Below are positions 38,591 through 51,319 of a DNA stretch of 64,000 nt, one piece after another. The DNA lies in assembly GCF_031769215.1 (NCBI RefSeq), contig NW_026782140.1, positions 682,001 to 746,000 on the forward strand. The letters are read 5' to 3'. The notes beneath the pieces are model-generated. The model searched no databases, was not told the origin of the DNA, and saw nothing but the letters and a program-made list of their open reading frames with translations. This stretch comes from Ylistrum balloti. Lineage: Eukaryota. The stretch's first letter is position 1. Each line of letters starts with the position of its first letter. Position numbers and translations under genes: made by a program.

Positions 38591-39619
38591 TTCATTGCTC
38601 TTTACCTGTCTGGTGCGTTAGATCAATGTGTTTGCGTTCTGCCTGATGAGCAAGCACTCTTTGTCTACTGTGGAATGATTTTCGCTTACAAGGTTTATGA
38701 CTTTTGTCTTACACTTCTACATGCTCCGATCGAAACTTATTGTAATATTTAAACTTATTACTTTGATCATCTAAAGCCAACTTCTTTGGTGGAGCTTAAG
38801 ATAAAAGGTTACAACTTTTAAGTAGGGAGATACTGTGAATTATTATAATAAAAACAGCAATTAGTCCTACTTCCACAGACGATATCATTAGGTGTACATT
38901 CATGTGTTGATTCAACATTTAAATCCAGGTGGACACAGTGGAATTGGACCCCAAAATGGAACTCAATGTAGTATGAAAGTGAGGGAAACAGCGGCAAGAA
39001 GGAAGGTCTTATTGACTGGCCAAATTTAGTAAGAAACATACTTGAATCAAGCCAACTCAATCTTGTAAACTGAGAGTATAGCCTTGACAAATTATGGAAT
39101 CTTGGAGTTCGTCTAATTAAGACAGGTTTACACATTATAATGCTACTGCTCAACAATTTCTTCTGAAATAAATATGTTCCAAGCTGGCGGAGTGTTTTTT
39201 CCGACGTAATTCTTCACCATTATTAGGAACTGTAAGTCTTAATTCGTGCTAATGTACCTTCGTTCGTGTACCAACTATAGTTTTGTTATGGTAGCTTAAT
39301 CAGATTAACAGGATATTAGTCAACGTACCAACTGCCCCCCTGACAAATTAACATTATATAGATGTAAATACAAACTCGCCCCTAATTTGCGGTCAATTTT
39401 CAGCTTCCTTCTGATCAATTTACAGAGAAAATAGCCTGTCTGGTTTTTATTCTTAGTGCTAAGTAAATCTCGCAATTGACGATGATTAATCATCAATTAA
39501 TCTTTTAAAATTCTGCTTCATATCAAGTAATATAAAAGTCTTGAATCTCACTCTTTTGTCGAGTGTACTGTAGTGTCATTTAAGCTTGTGCAACAATAAG
39601 ATCGGTATGTTATGTATCC

Positions 39620-40190
39620 AGAGAGACACAACAAGACACAATACATGTATCCTGAGAGACACCACTGGATGGTACATGTATCCTGATTGACACCACAGTA
39701 CACAATACATGTATCATTAGAGACACCACAATACATGTATCCTTAGAGACACCACAGTAGATGTATCATTAGAGACACCACAGTAGATGTATCATTAGAG
39801 ACACCACAGTAGATGTATCATTAGAGACACCACAGTAGATGTATCATTAGAGACACCACAGTAGATGTATCATTAGAGACACCACAGTACATGTATCCTT
39901 AGAGACACCACAGTACATGTATCCTTAGAGACACCACAGGGCATACTACATGTATCCTGAGTAACATTGGAGGACGGTACATGTGTCATATGTGACCCGA
40001 GATGACAAAGTAGATGTATCCTGAGAGACACCACAGGAAACACTACATGTATCCTGAGAGGACGGTACATGTGTCATATGTGACCCGAGATGACAAAGTA
40101 GATGTATCCTGAGAGACCCCACAGTAGATGTATTCTGGGAGACACCACAGTAGATGTATCCTGAGAGACACCACAGTAGATGTATCGTGA
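39620..40190. repeat. 26-bp tandem repeat with two duplicated interruptions
   Basis: Unit gagacaccacagtagatgtatcatta. Confidence 0.88.
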
Positions 40191-41523
40191 GAGACACACC
40201 CGCAAGTATCCGTGCTATATATGTAGGATGAAAAACTGTTCATGTCAATAATGGCACACGCATTTGCTTTTTTGCTTTGTTTTTTTTACTGGCCGTTTTT
40301 CAAAAATTATAACGCGTCACCAAACCTTTAACGCGTGAAATGGCACATTGTGAAATGCAATTGGAAGTGTTGAACGCGAAAACCGTGGGGTTGGATTAGC
40401 TTAACGTGTTCAACGGTGCGCGATAAAGCATCGCGTTAAAAATATTTGTGGTGATGAGTACATTTAGCGCGTTGAAAGAGCTAAAACTATTTCTTTATCG
40501 CGTTGTGTTTCTGTTCAACGCGTTAAATTAATGGGTTTCACTCTGTTTATTTCTGAGTTGTTCAGACGGTTCAGGTCTTGAACTCAGTCCTCTTAAAAAT
40601 ATCTCCAAAAGTTGTACGGTCTTCTCACTCGAGCTCTCTAATTGCAAATTGTTCCGTTCAGGACCAATCTAGATCAAAGCGAAAGCTGGTTTCTCTAATA
40701 CGTAATTGCATGTAATGTTGTTTAATTATGAGCCAGTTCAATCTGTTCGAAACGTTTATGGAACATATTTATAGCATCGACAGAATGCAACTACGTTTCT
40801 GATATAGTGATCCCTGGCGACAGTTTGGGGAAAAATACCCTCTCGCTCTACACAACAAACAGGCCTGTTACGTGCCTTACAGGCCACCAAACACCCGCTG
40901 ACATCTACAGCGTGAATTAGGAAAACGTTTAGCCAACTATGCAGCACTATCACACTTCCAAGACGACATCGAAATTCCTGAAGACCGTAGATTGTACCCA
41001 GTACAGCTGATATTATATACCGCAATGCGATTTATACTCATAAAACTTACATTTTGGCAAATGAGCAGTTGTAATCCCATTGAGATGCGGCTCCACCAAA
41101 CACTTCTCCCGAGGAGGCGCGAACGATGTGGATTGTTTCAAGCTTGTTTCATATACATACTCCAACAATACAAAGGGTCGCGTTTATATCACAATAAGAA
41201 ACAATAGAATTAGATAGACAGGTAAGAATCCTAGACACTACACTCAACATTCGGCGCATCACGGGATAGGACTTGTAGATAATGCATAGCTTACATGACA
41301 TACACAAGAGTCACCAGTTATGATTATCGGATTAAATTCTACATATCTACAGTGATATCTGGCATTTCCAAATTATCTAAATATCGGTGAGCTGAGAAAC
41401 AGCATTTTCAGATAAAATTCTCAATATATCAACAACAAACAACTGAGTTTGGAATAAATAATTCTACCCTTCCTTTAAGGCCCAAAGCACATAAACCGAA
41501 CTCTAAATTCGGCCCATATCATT

Positions 41524-41708
41524 ACACCCGTCCTCGTCATACAACATTAACACTACACCCGTCCTCGTCATATAACATTAACACTACACCCGTCCTCGTC
41601 ATATAACATTAACACTACACCCGTCCTCGTCATATAACATCACCACTACACCCGTCCTCGTCATATAACATTAACACTACACCCGTCCTCGTCATATAAC
41701 ATTACCAC
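41524..41708. repeat. 31-bp tandem repeat, 6 copies (first tier of a compound array)
   Basis: Unit acacccgtcctcgtcatataacattaacact. Confidence 0.93.
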
Positions 41709-44700
41709 TGTGTCGTCAGTCATAGAAGTAACTGACACAACACGTCGTCAGATATAGTAGTGACTGACACAACACGTCGTCAGTCATAGACACAACACGT
41801 CGTCAGTCATAGTAGTAACTGACACAACACGTCGTCAGTCATAGTAGTAACTGACACAACACGTCGTCAGTCATAGACACAACACGTCGTCAGTCATAGT
41901 AGTAACTGACACAACACGTCGTCAGTCATAGTAGTAACTGACAGAACACGTCGTCAGTCATAATAGTAATTGACACAACACGTCGTTATTCATAGTAGTA
42001 ACTGACACAAGATGTCGTCAGTCATAGTAGTAACTGACACAACACGTCGTCAGTCATAGTAGTAACTGACACAACACGTCGTCAGTCATAGTAGTAACTG
42101 ACACAACACGTCGTCAGTCATAGTAGTAACTGACACAACACGTCGTCAGTCATAGTAGTAACTGACACAACACGTCGTCAGTCATAGTAGTAACTGACAC
42201 AACACGTCGTCAGTCATAGTAGTAACTGACACAACACGTCGTCAGTCATAGTAGTAACTGACACAACACGTCGTCAGTCATAGTAGTAACTGACACAACA
42301 CGTCGTCAGTCATAGTAGTAACTGACACAACACGTCGTCAGTCATAGTAGTAACTGACACAACACGTCGTCAGTCATAGTAGTAACTGACACAACACGTC
42401 GTCAGTCATAGTAGTAACTGACACAACACGTCGTCAGTCATAGTAGTAACTGACACAAGAAGTCGTCACATAGACAGTCGTCAGTCATAGTAGTAACTGA
42501 CACAACACGTCGTCAGTCATAGTAGTAACTGACACAACACGTCGTCAGTCATAGTAGTAACTGACACAACACGTCGTCAGTCATAGTAGTAACTGACACA
42601 AGATGTCGTCAGTCATAGTAGTAACTGACACAACACGTCGTCAGTCATAGTAGTAACTGACACAACACGTCGTCAGTCATAGTAGTAACTGACACAACAC
42701 GTCGTCAGTCATAGTAGTAACTGACACAACACGTCGTCAGTCATAGTAGTAACTGACACAACACGTCGTCAGTCATAGTAGTAACTGACACAACACGTCG
42801 TCAGTCATAGCAGTAACTGACACAAGATGTCGTCAGTCATAGTAGTAACTGACACAACATGTCGTCAGTCATAGTAGTAACTGACACAACACGTCGTCAG
42901 TCATAGTAGTAACTGACACAACACGTCGTCAGTCATAGTAGTAACTGACACAACACGTCGTCAGTCATAGTAGTAACTGACACAACACGTCGTCAGTCAT
43001 AGACACAACATGTCGTCAGTCATAGTAGTAACTGACACAACATGTCGTCAGTTATAGTAGTAACTGACACAACACGTCGTCGTCAGTAACTGACACAACA
43101 CGTCGTCATAGTAGTAACTGACACAACACTGACACAACACGTCGTCAGTCATAGTAGTAACTGACACAACACGTCGTCAGTCATAGTAGTAACTGACACA
43201 ACACAGTCATATAGTGACACAACACGTCGTCAGTCATAGTAGTAACTGACACAACACGTCGTCAGTCATAGTAGTAACTGACACAACACGTCGTCAGTCA
43301 TAGTAGTAACTGACACAACACGTCGTCAGTTATAGTAGTAACTGACACAACACGTCGTCAGTCATAGTAGTAACTGACACAACACGTCGTCAGTCATAGT
43401 AGTAACTGACACAACACGTCGTCAGTCATAGCAGTAACTGACACAACACGTCGTCAGTCATAGTAGTAACTGTCAGAACACGTCGTCAGTCATAATAGTA
43501 ACTGACACAACACGTCGTCAGTCATAGTAGTAACTGACACAACACGTCGTCAGTCATAGTAGTAACTGACACAACACGTCGTCAGTCATAGTAGTAACTG
43601 ACACAACACGTCGTCAGTCATAGTAGTAACTGACACAACACGTCGTCAGTCATAGTAGTAACTGACACAACACGTCGTCAGTCATAGTAGTAACTGACAC
43701 AACACGTCGTCAGTCATAGTAGTAACTGACACAACACGTCGTCAGTCAGTAACTGACACAACACGTCGTCAGTGATAGTAGTAACTGACACAACACGTCG
43801 TCAGTCATAGTAGTAACTGACACAACACGTCGTCAGTCAGTAACTGACACAACACGTCGTCAGTCATAGTCATAGTAGTAACTGACACAACACGTCGTCA
43901 GTCATAGTAGTAACTGACACAACACGTCGTCAGTCATAGTAGTAACTGACACAACACGTCGTCAGTCATAGTAGTAACTGACACAACACGTCGTCAGTCA
44001 TAGTAGTAACTGAAACAACACGTCGTCAGTCATAGTAATAACTGACACAACACGTCGTCAGTCATAGTAGTAACTGACACAACACGTCGTCAGTCATAGT
44101 AGTAACTGACACAACACGTCGTCAGTCATAGACACAACACGTCGTCAGTCATAGTAGTAACTGACACAACACGTCGTCAGTCATAGTAGTAACTGACACA
44201 ACACGTCGTCAGTCATAGTAGTAACTGACACAACACGTCGTCAGTCATAGTAGTAACTGACACAACACGTCGTCAGTCATAGTAGTAACTGACACAACAC
44301 AACACGTCGTCAGTCATAGTAGTAACTGACACAACACGTCGTCAGTCATAGTAGTAACTGACACAACACGTCGTCAGTCATAGTAGTAACTGACACAACA
44401 CGTCGTCAGTCATAGTAGTAACTGACACAACACGTCGTCAGTCATAGTAGTAACTGACACACCACGTCGTCAGTCATAGTAGTAACTGACACAACACGTC
44501 GTCAGTCATAGTAGTAACTGACACAACACGTCGTCAGTCATAGTAGTAACTGACACAACACGTCGTCAGTCATAGTAGTAACTGACACAACACGTCGTCA
44601 GTCATAGTAGTAACTGACACAACACGTCGTCAGTCATAGTAGTAACTGACACAACACGTCGTCAGTCATAGTAGTAACTGACACAACACGTCGTCAGTCA

Positions 44701-45460
44701 TAGTAGTAACTGACACAACACGTCGTCAGTCATAGTAGTAACTGACACAACACGTCGTCAGTCATAGTAGTAACTGACACAACACGTCGTCAGTCATAGT
44801 AGTAACTGACACAACACGTCGTCAGTCATAGTAGTAACTGACACAACACGTCAGTCATAGTAGTAACTGACACAACACGTCGTCAGTCATAGTAGTAACT
44901 GACACAACACGTCGTCAGTCATAGTAGTAACTGACACAACACGTCGTCAGTCATAGACACAACACGTCGTCAGTCATAGTAGTAACTGACACAACACGTC
45001 GTCAGTCATAGTAGTAACTGACACAACACGTCGTCAGTCATAGTAGTAACTGACACAACACGTCGTCAGTCATAGTAGATGTCGTCAGTCATAGTAGTAA
45101 CTGACACAACACAGTCATAGTAGTAACACGTCGTCAGTAGTAGTAACTGACACAGTAGTAACTGTCGTCAGTAACTGACACAACACGTCGTCAGTAGTAG
45201 TGACAACACGTGTCACAACACGTCGTCAGTCATAGTAGTAACTGACACAAGATGTCGTCAGTCATAGTAGTAACTGACACAACATGTCGTCAGTTATAGT
45301 AGTAACTGACACAAGATGTCGTCAGTCATAGTAGTAACTGACACAACATGTCGTCAGTTATAGTAGTAACTGACACAACACGTCGTCAGTCATAGTAGTA
45401 ACTGACACAACACGTCGTCAGTCATAGCAGTAACTGACACAACACGTCGTCAGTCACAGA
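41709..45460. repeat. 32-bp satellite, more than 100 copies
   Basis: Unit acacaacacgtcgtcagtcatagtagtaactg, with 23-bp deletion variants. Confidence 0.97.
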
Positions 45461-46755
45461 CAGAACAGAACAGACGTCAGTGGGTGTCGTCAGTCATAGA
45501 CACAACACGTTGTCAGTGAGTGTCGTCAGTCATAGACAGAACATGTCGTCAGTGAGTGTCGTCAGTCACAGACAGAACATGTCGTCAGTGGGTGTCGTCA
45601 GTCATAGACAGAACATGTCATCAGTGGGTGTCGTCAGTCATAGACAGAACATGTCGTCAGTGGGTGTCGTCAGTCACAGACAGAACATGTCATAGCCACA
45701 GTGGGTGTCGTCAGTCATAGACAGAACATGTCATCAGTGGGTGTCGTCAGTCATAGACAGAACATGTCGCCAGTGGGTGTCGTCAGTCACAGACAGAACA
45801 TGTCGCCAGTGGGTGTCGTCAGTCATAGACAGAACATGTCGCCAGTGGGTGTCGTCAGTCATAGACAGAACATGTCATCAGTGGGTGTCGTCAGTCATAG
45901 ACAGAACATGTCATCAGTGGGTGTCGTCAGTCATAGACAGAACATGTCATCAGTGGGTGTCGTCAGTCATAGACAGAACATGTCGCCAGTGGGTGTCGTC
46001 AGTCATAGACAGAACATGTCGCCAGTGGGTGTCGTCAGTCACAGACAGAACATGTCGCCAGTGGGTGTCGTCAGTCATAGACAGAACATGTCGCCAGTGG
46101 GTGTCGTCAGTCATAGACAGAACATGTCGCCAGTGGGTGTCGTCAGTCACAGACAGAACATGTCGTCAGTGGGTGTCGTCAGTCACAGACAGAACATGTC
46201 GTCAGTGGGTGTCGTCAGTCACAGACAGAACATGTCATCAGTGGGTGTCGTCAGTCATAGACAGAACATGTCATCAGTGGGTGTCGTCAGTCATAGACAG
46301 AACATGTCGCCTGTGGGTGTCGTCAGTCATAGACAGAACATGTCGCCAGTGGGTGTCGTCAGTCACAGACAGAACATGTCGCCAGTGGGTGTCGTCAGTC
46401 ATAGACAGAACATGTCGCCAGTGGGTGTCGTCAGTCATAGACAGAACATGTCGCCAGTGGGTGTCGTCAGTCATAGACAGAACATGTCGCCAGTGGGTGT
46501 CGTCAGTCATAGACAGAACATGTCGCCAGTGGGTGTCGTCAGTCACAGACAGAACATGTCGCCAGTGGGTGTCGTCAGTCATAGACAGAACATGTCGCCA
46601 GTGGGTGTCGTCAGTCATAGACAGAACATGTCATCAGTGGGTGTCGTCAGTCATAGACAGAACATGTCATCAGTGGGTGTCGTCAGTCATAGACAGAACA
46701 TGTCGTCAGTGGGTGTCGTCAGTCATAGACAGAACATGTCGCCAGTGGGTGTCGT
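45461..46755. repeat. 36-bp satellite, about 35 copies
   Basis: Unit gtgggtgtcgtcagtcatagacagaacatgtcgcca. It causes the VGVVSHRQNMSP pseudo-ORFs. Confidence 0.97.
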
Positions 46756-48387
46756 GAATCATACTAGTAATTGATACTATGTATCCTCAGTTATATTTGT
46801 TACTACCAAGGACGTATAATACAGAATTGTACATCCCTGTTACTACATATCATTTCGTAAGTTTGAGGCTTTTAAAGTTTTGCCATCAAGTGCTCCATTC
46901 AGTTTCCGAGTAATTGACCAGGTATATTATGAGGAATCATCACAATCAATTTCCGTTTAATAACTTGTTTTCCTTTTTAAAGTATAAATTTTGTCAGTGT
47001 GTATCTTCGTGAAGTAAGTGTGATTTTGTAGATCATGTTAATGTACAGGTATGTCAGGACTCTAGACATGGTGTTTTTATTTACCACACCGAGACTGGTG
47101 AGAGACCACAGGTCTAGAGACCTTGTCGCTATCGATCACCTAGATCACATATTTATTTAAACGTCCATTTAATTCGACCTCCACGATAAACTTATTAGCC
47201 GGGGCGACCGTAACACGGCGGGACGAGAGATGATATATTGGTGCCGGTCGGGGAAGTCGGTGGGATGGATGAGAGAGAGCGCTTCAACACTCCAGGAAAG
47301 CCTACACCACCGTGGCGTTAAGACGAATTTCACAGTTTTTTCTTACCTAACATCACTTTGCCAAATAAATCAATTACAAATTAAAGACTCTGTTTTTTCC
47401 CATTTACACTAGTGTTGTGGTGTTATCGCTGCAAAATCCGTGACTGAAGGAATAGCAGGGCTTCTCCCGTGTTGGCCGACAGCCAGATCTCTGCCTGCCC
47501 TCCACCATTCTAACTCTACATTTGGCGCCAAAGGGCTCGGTCAAAAACTATCAGATACTTACGGTCTATCTTCTCCCCAACAAATACATTTATTACGGAG
47601 CAATGTACATTGACAGTCGGAGTTGTTCCTTTGACAATGCAAGCAGTAACGGCCTGTGCTCTCTACCAAAGTGTTACACGTTCACAATAACTTGATATAA
47701 TACTATTGAAGAATGGACGTCAACACAGGATAACGCTCTCTTAAAAGTAAAGGTCAGTATTTTCTGTTTTTGTTTTTTTTTTACTATTTTTTTTCCTATT
47801 TTTGTCTTCCGCATCAGAGTACATGTGGTTTAGGAATTGGTATATTGTTTAAACTCCTGGGGATTTCACTGTGTTGCTTCTCATTTTTTTCAACGAATGA
47901 AAAAGAAATAAGAATATTTTCCTTATTGTTAACAGGCGTTTGTAAACAACCAGGATACATATTTATATACTGACTCGTTGCATGACACTCGAGTAATTAT
48001 GTAGACGATTGTTATGTTGTTGATAATAATACACTAACTTGTGGACAAACGCTCGTACTCTGCTCTCTGACGAGTTCGATGTTCGCTTTAGCAGCACTAT
48101 GAAGTAATGCCCCTCATCAGACATTGACTTACACGGAGCACGATCAACACTCACGATACAACTTTAGCTTATCATTAAACTATACATCATACGGGGAGAT
48201 AATTTTGTTCAAAATTATTTTGTATAAAACTAGATCAAACAATAATTACATTTTAGCTTACCGTTTACATTAGAAACATAGCAAATATATCTACAGATAA
48301 GTTTATCTACGTGAATATATTCTCTACATCTGATGGCTGTTGGTTTACACAGAGCATTTCATTCTTGTTTTGGATTTCTATTTCAGA

Positions 48388-49008
48388 ATGAGGTTGTGTT
48401 ACGTCCAGTTAAAGACAACGGTCATTGTTGGCATAGTGTGGCTGTTTCTTCTTGATACTGCAGCCATGAAACAGACACGTAACAAGCAACGGACAGATAC
48501 AGACGCAGGACGGCGGACAGCAGACAAACGCCGTGGAGCGATGAAAGCGAAAATGCGAACGCAAAACCTACCGCCTTTCGGCGAGGAATTAAACCCTGTC
48601 AAAGGCCACGGTTCTAAGAAGCAGCTTGGAGCAAAAGTCAATGACATTATTCGTCCAACCAGAGGAAGGAAGAACTCATTTGTGATTACCAAAAGACAGC
48701 ACTTAAAGAAAGAATGGTGTAAAACACAGCATTTTACACAGGTGGTTCGGGAGCCGGGATGTCTTAGTCGGACTATAGTCAACAATTTTTGTTACGGGCA
48801 GTGTAACTCATTCTTCATTCCTAAGTCAGACCGTCGTAAACTGAAGGAGGCAGCCTTTGTGTCGTGTGGATTCTGTAAGCCAAGGGCTTTCTCTACTATC
48901 CGGGTTACTCTCATGTGCCCTGGAAAAAACTATAGACTCAAGCGAAAACGCATTCTCAAGATAAAAAAGTGTCGTTGTATGGCACAGAAGGTGGATATGC
49001 ATTTGTGA
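48388..49008 (+). CDS. GREM: Gremlin-like DAN-family BMP antagonist, 206 aa, single coding exon
   Basis: Hydrophobic signal peptide. DAN domain KKEWCKTQ...EPGCLSRTIVNNFCYGQCNSFFIP...SCGFCKP...TLMCPG...KKCRC has the 9-Cys Gremlin pattern. Acceptor tttctatttcag ends 1 nt before the ATG. Confidence 0.96.
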   Translation: MRLCYVQLKTTVIVGIVWLFLLDTAAMKQTRNKQRTDTDAGRRTADKRRGAMKAKMRTQNLPPFGEELNPVKGHGSKKQLGAKVNDIIRPTRGRKNSFVITKRQHLKKEWCKTQHFTQVVREPGCLSRTIVNNFCYGQCNSFFIPKSDRRKLKEAAFVSCGFCKPRAFSTIRVTLMCPGKNYRLKRKRILKIKKCRCMAQKVDMHL

Positions 49009-49344
49009 CAGTGTGGTCATACACGTGCGCGCGTGTGATAGATATGTTGACTGGTTTTGTAGGTGCGTAATACCTATTTCAGGAGAATACTATGGTGCTT
49101 GCGGAACTTTCAGACAAAACGTTGTAACGTCTGTTCCGGTGGATGTGGTAATAGTAACGGGTACGGAAACATTTGTTTCCCAAATATACTGATCAAAATA
49201 CTTTTCTCAAGTGCAATATTGTTCGTGTTACGTGTAGATTTCTGACTCAAGTGTCCTTAAAGCGTTAGTGCTTCCTTTCTTAAATGTGTACAATGTACAT
49301 TGGTACCGAGGTGTGATTTGTTGTCGACCAAGACACCGGAAAAA

Positions 49345-50030
49345 TACCTAGGTTAAGTCGGATGTTGACCAAGATACCAAACGAGGTTCCGAGGGTTGGT
49401 AGGGTGTTGGCAGAGACACCGGACGAGGTTCCGAGGTTTGGTCGGGTGTTGGTCGAGACACCGGACGAGGTTCCGAGGGTTGGTCGGGTGTTTGCAGAGA
49501 CACCGGATGAGGTTCCGAGGTTTTGGTCGGGTGTTGGTCTAGACACCGGATGAGGTTCCGAGGTTTTGGTCGGGTGTTGGTCGAGACACCGGACGAGGTT
49601 TCGAGAGTTGGTCGGGTGTTGGCAGAGACACCGGACGAGGTTCCGAGGGTTGGTCGGGTGTTGGCAGAGACACCGGACGAGGTTCCGAGGGTTGGTCGGG
49701 TGTTTGCAGAGACACCGGACGAGGTTCCGAGGTTTTGGTCGGGTGTTGGTCGATACACCGGACGAGGTTCCAAGGTTTTGGTCGGGTGTTGGTCGAGACA
49801 CCGGACGAGGTTTCGAGAGTTGGTCGGGTGTTGGCAGAGACACCGGACGAGGTTCCGAGGGTTGGTCGGGTGTTGGCAGAGACACCGGACGAGGTTCCGA
49901 GGGTTGGTCGGGTGTTTGCAGAGACACCGGACGAGGTTCCGAGGTTTTGGTCGGGTGTTGGTCGAGACACCGGACGAGGTTCCAAGGTTTTGGTCGGGTG
50001 TTGGTCGAGACACCGGACGGATATATAGGG
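49345..50030. repeat. GC-rich 42/43-bp tandem repeat, about 16 copies, downstream of the gremlin stop
   Basis: Unit gagacaccggacgaggttccgagggttggtcgggtgttggca. Confidence 0.95.
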
Positions 50031-50927
50031 CAAGGCTATGAGCTATAGACAAGTGGGAACTAAATTACTGTTTAATTTCCATTATGGCGACAACACAAAC
50101 GCTATATTCTGTTGACACTCAAATTATTTTAAATGTCAGAGAACTGTTTTGCCTATTAAAGTTATTTATTTTGTACATGTATGTCAAATAAAACCAATTT
50201 TACACCAGTGACACGTTCGTTTGACTCCTGGATTGAATTAGTTTCATGGTGATCGTTTGTATTACAATCACTAGAATAGACAAATCAAAGACGGCAGGAT
50301 AGACATTTTATTAAAGACAATAGAGCAGAGTGCGTACAGGACAGACAACATTGATATATCACAAATATTCGGACAAACATCAAGTAGAACAACGGATGGG
50401 AATTATATCATAGATGGTAGGACGGATATTATATAACCAGGAAGGATACTCTAGACTTCAGGTAAAGGCCTCAATTGATTTCCTAATATGACCTACGTAA
50501 AGCAAAGGAATAAAGCGTCTTTCTAGAGCCTTTAAACAACTCGGAATGAAAACAACAGTATATATATATATATAGAAAACCTGTACAAATTTACTAAGAA
50601 CTCATTTCTACCACTTAATTAGCAAGAGTAACCCTATCTAACAATGGTCACTGACAGTGAATAACATCCACGCTACAGACAATATTTATCTTGTTCAGTT
50701 ATTTACTAACTTGTTGTTATTATCTATATTCAATGCTGTTTTTCCTGACGTACTGCTGTTATATCCAGACCGATACAAAAGCATTTTTAAATGGCAAAAA
50801 AAAAAAAAAAAAAACGGCCGTTATTGTTGCATTTTCAATATATGCTGTATCGCTCATCATCGTATGGCAAGACATCCATATAATATTCCCGAACTTAGTT
50901 AGCATCAAATGCTTAGGGAGAAGACAT

Positions 50928-51200
50928 GAGGGGAGGCGAGCGGACTCCCGGTGAGGGGACTGGAGGGGAGGGGACTAGAGAGGAGGGGACTGGAGGGGAG
51001 GGGAGTGGAGAGGAGGGGACTGGAGAGGAGGGGAGGGGACTAGATGGGAGGGGACTGGAGAGGAGGGGACTGGAGGGGAGGGGACTGGGGAAAAGGGGAA
51101 GGGGACTAGAGAGGAGGGGACTGAAGGGTAGGGGACTGGAGAGGAGGGGAGGGGACTAGAGGGGAGGGGACTGGAGAGGAAGGGAGGGGACTGGAGAGAG
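50928..51200. repeat. Purine-rich G-run repeat (gaggggactggagag-like, about 15 bp)
   Basis: Directly visible; almost pyrimidine-free on the plus strand. Confidence 0.9.
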
Positions 51201-51319
51201 CTAGATGGGCGGTGCGATTGTAGGTTAGACTATTTACTTTTTGGTGAAACATTAACATATGAATGAGCATAGATTTAGCTGTCTGTTTGTCTGTTGTTAA
51301 CCGTGCTCATAACTCTATT

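Noticed and set aside
38818-39156. 112-aa minus-strand ORF
   Set aside because: Non-ATG start in the ORF call, no recognisable motif and no partner exons found.
45480-46774. 350-aa repetitive ORFs (VGVVSHRQNMSP, SSVIDRTCRQWV)
   Set aside because: Translation of the 36-bp satellite, open in multiple frames.
49280-50052. Overlapping ORFs on both strands
   Set aside because: Products of the GC-rich 42/43-bp tandem repeat.
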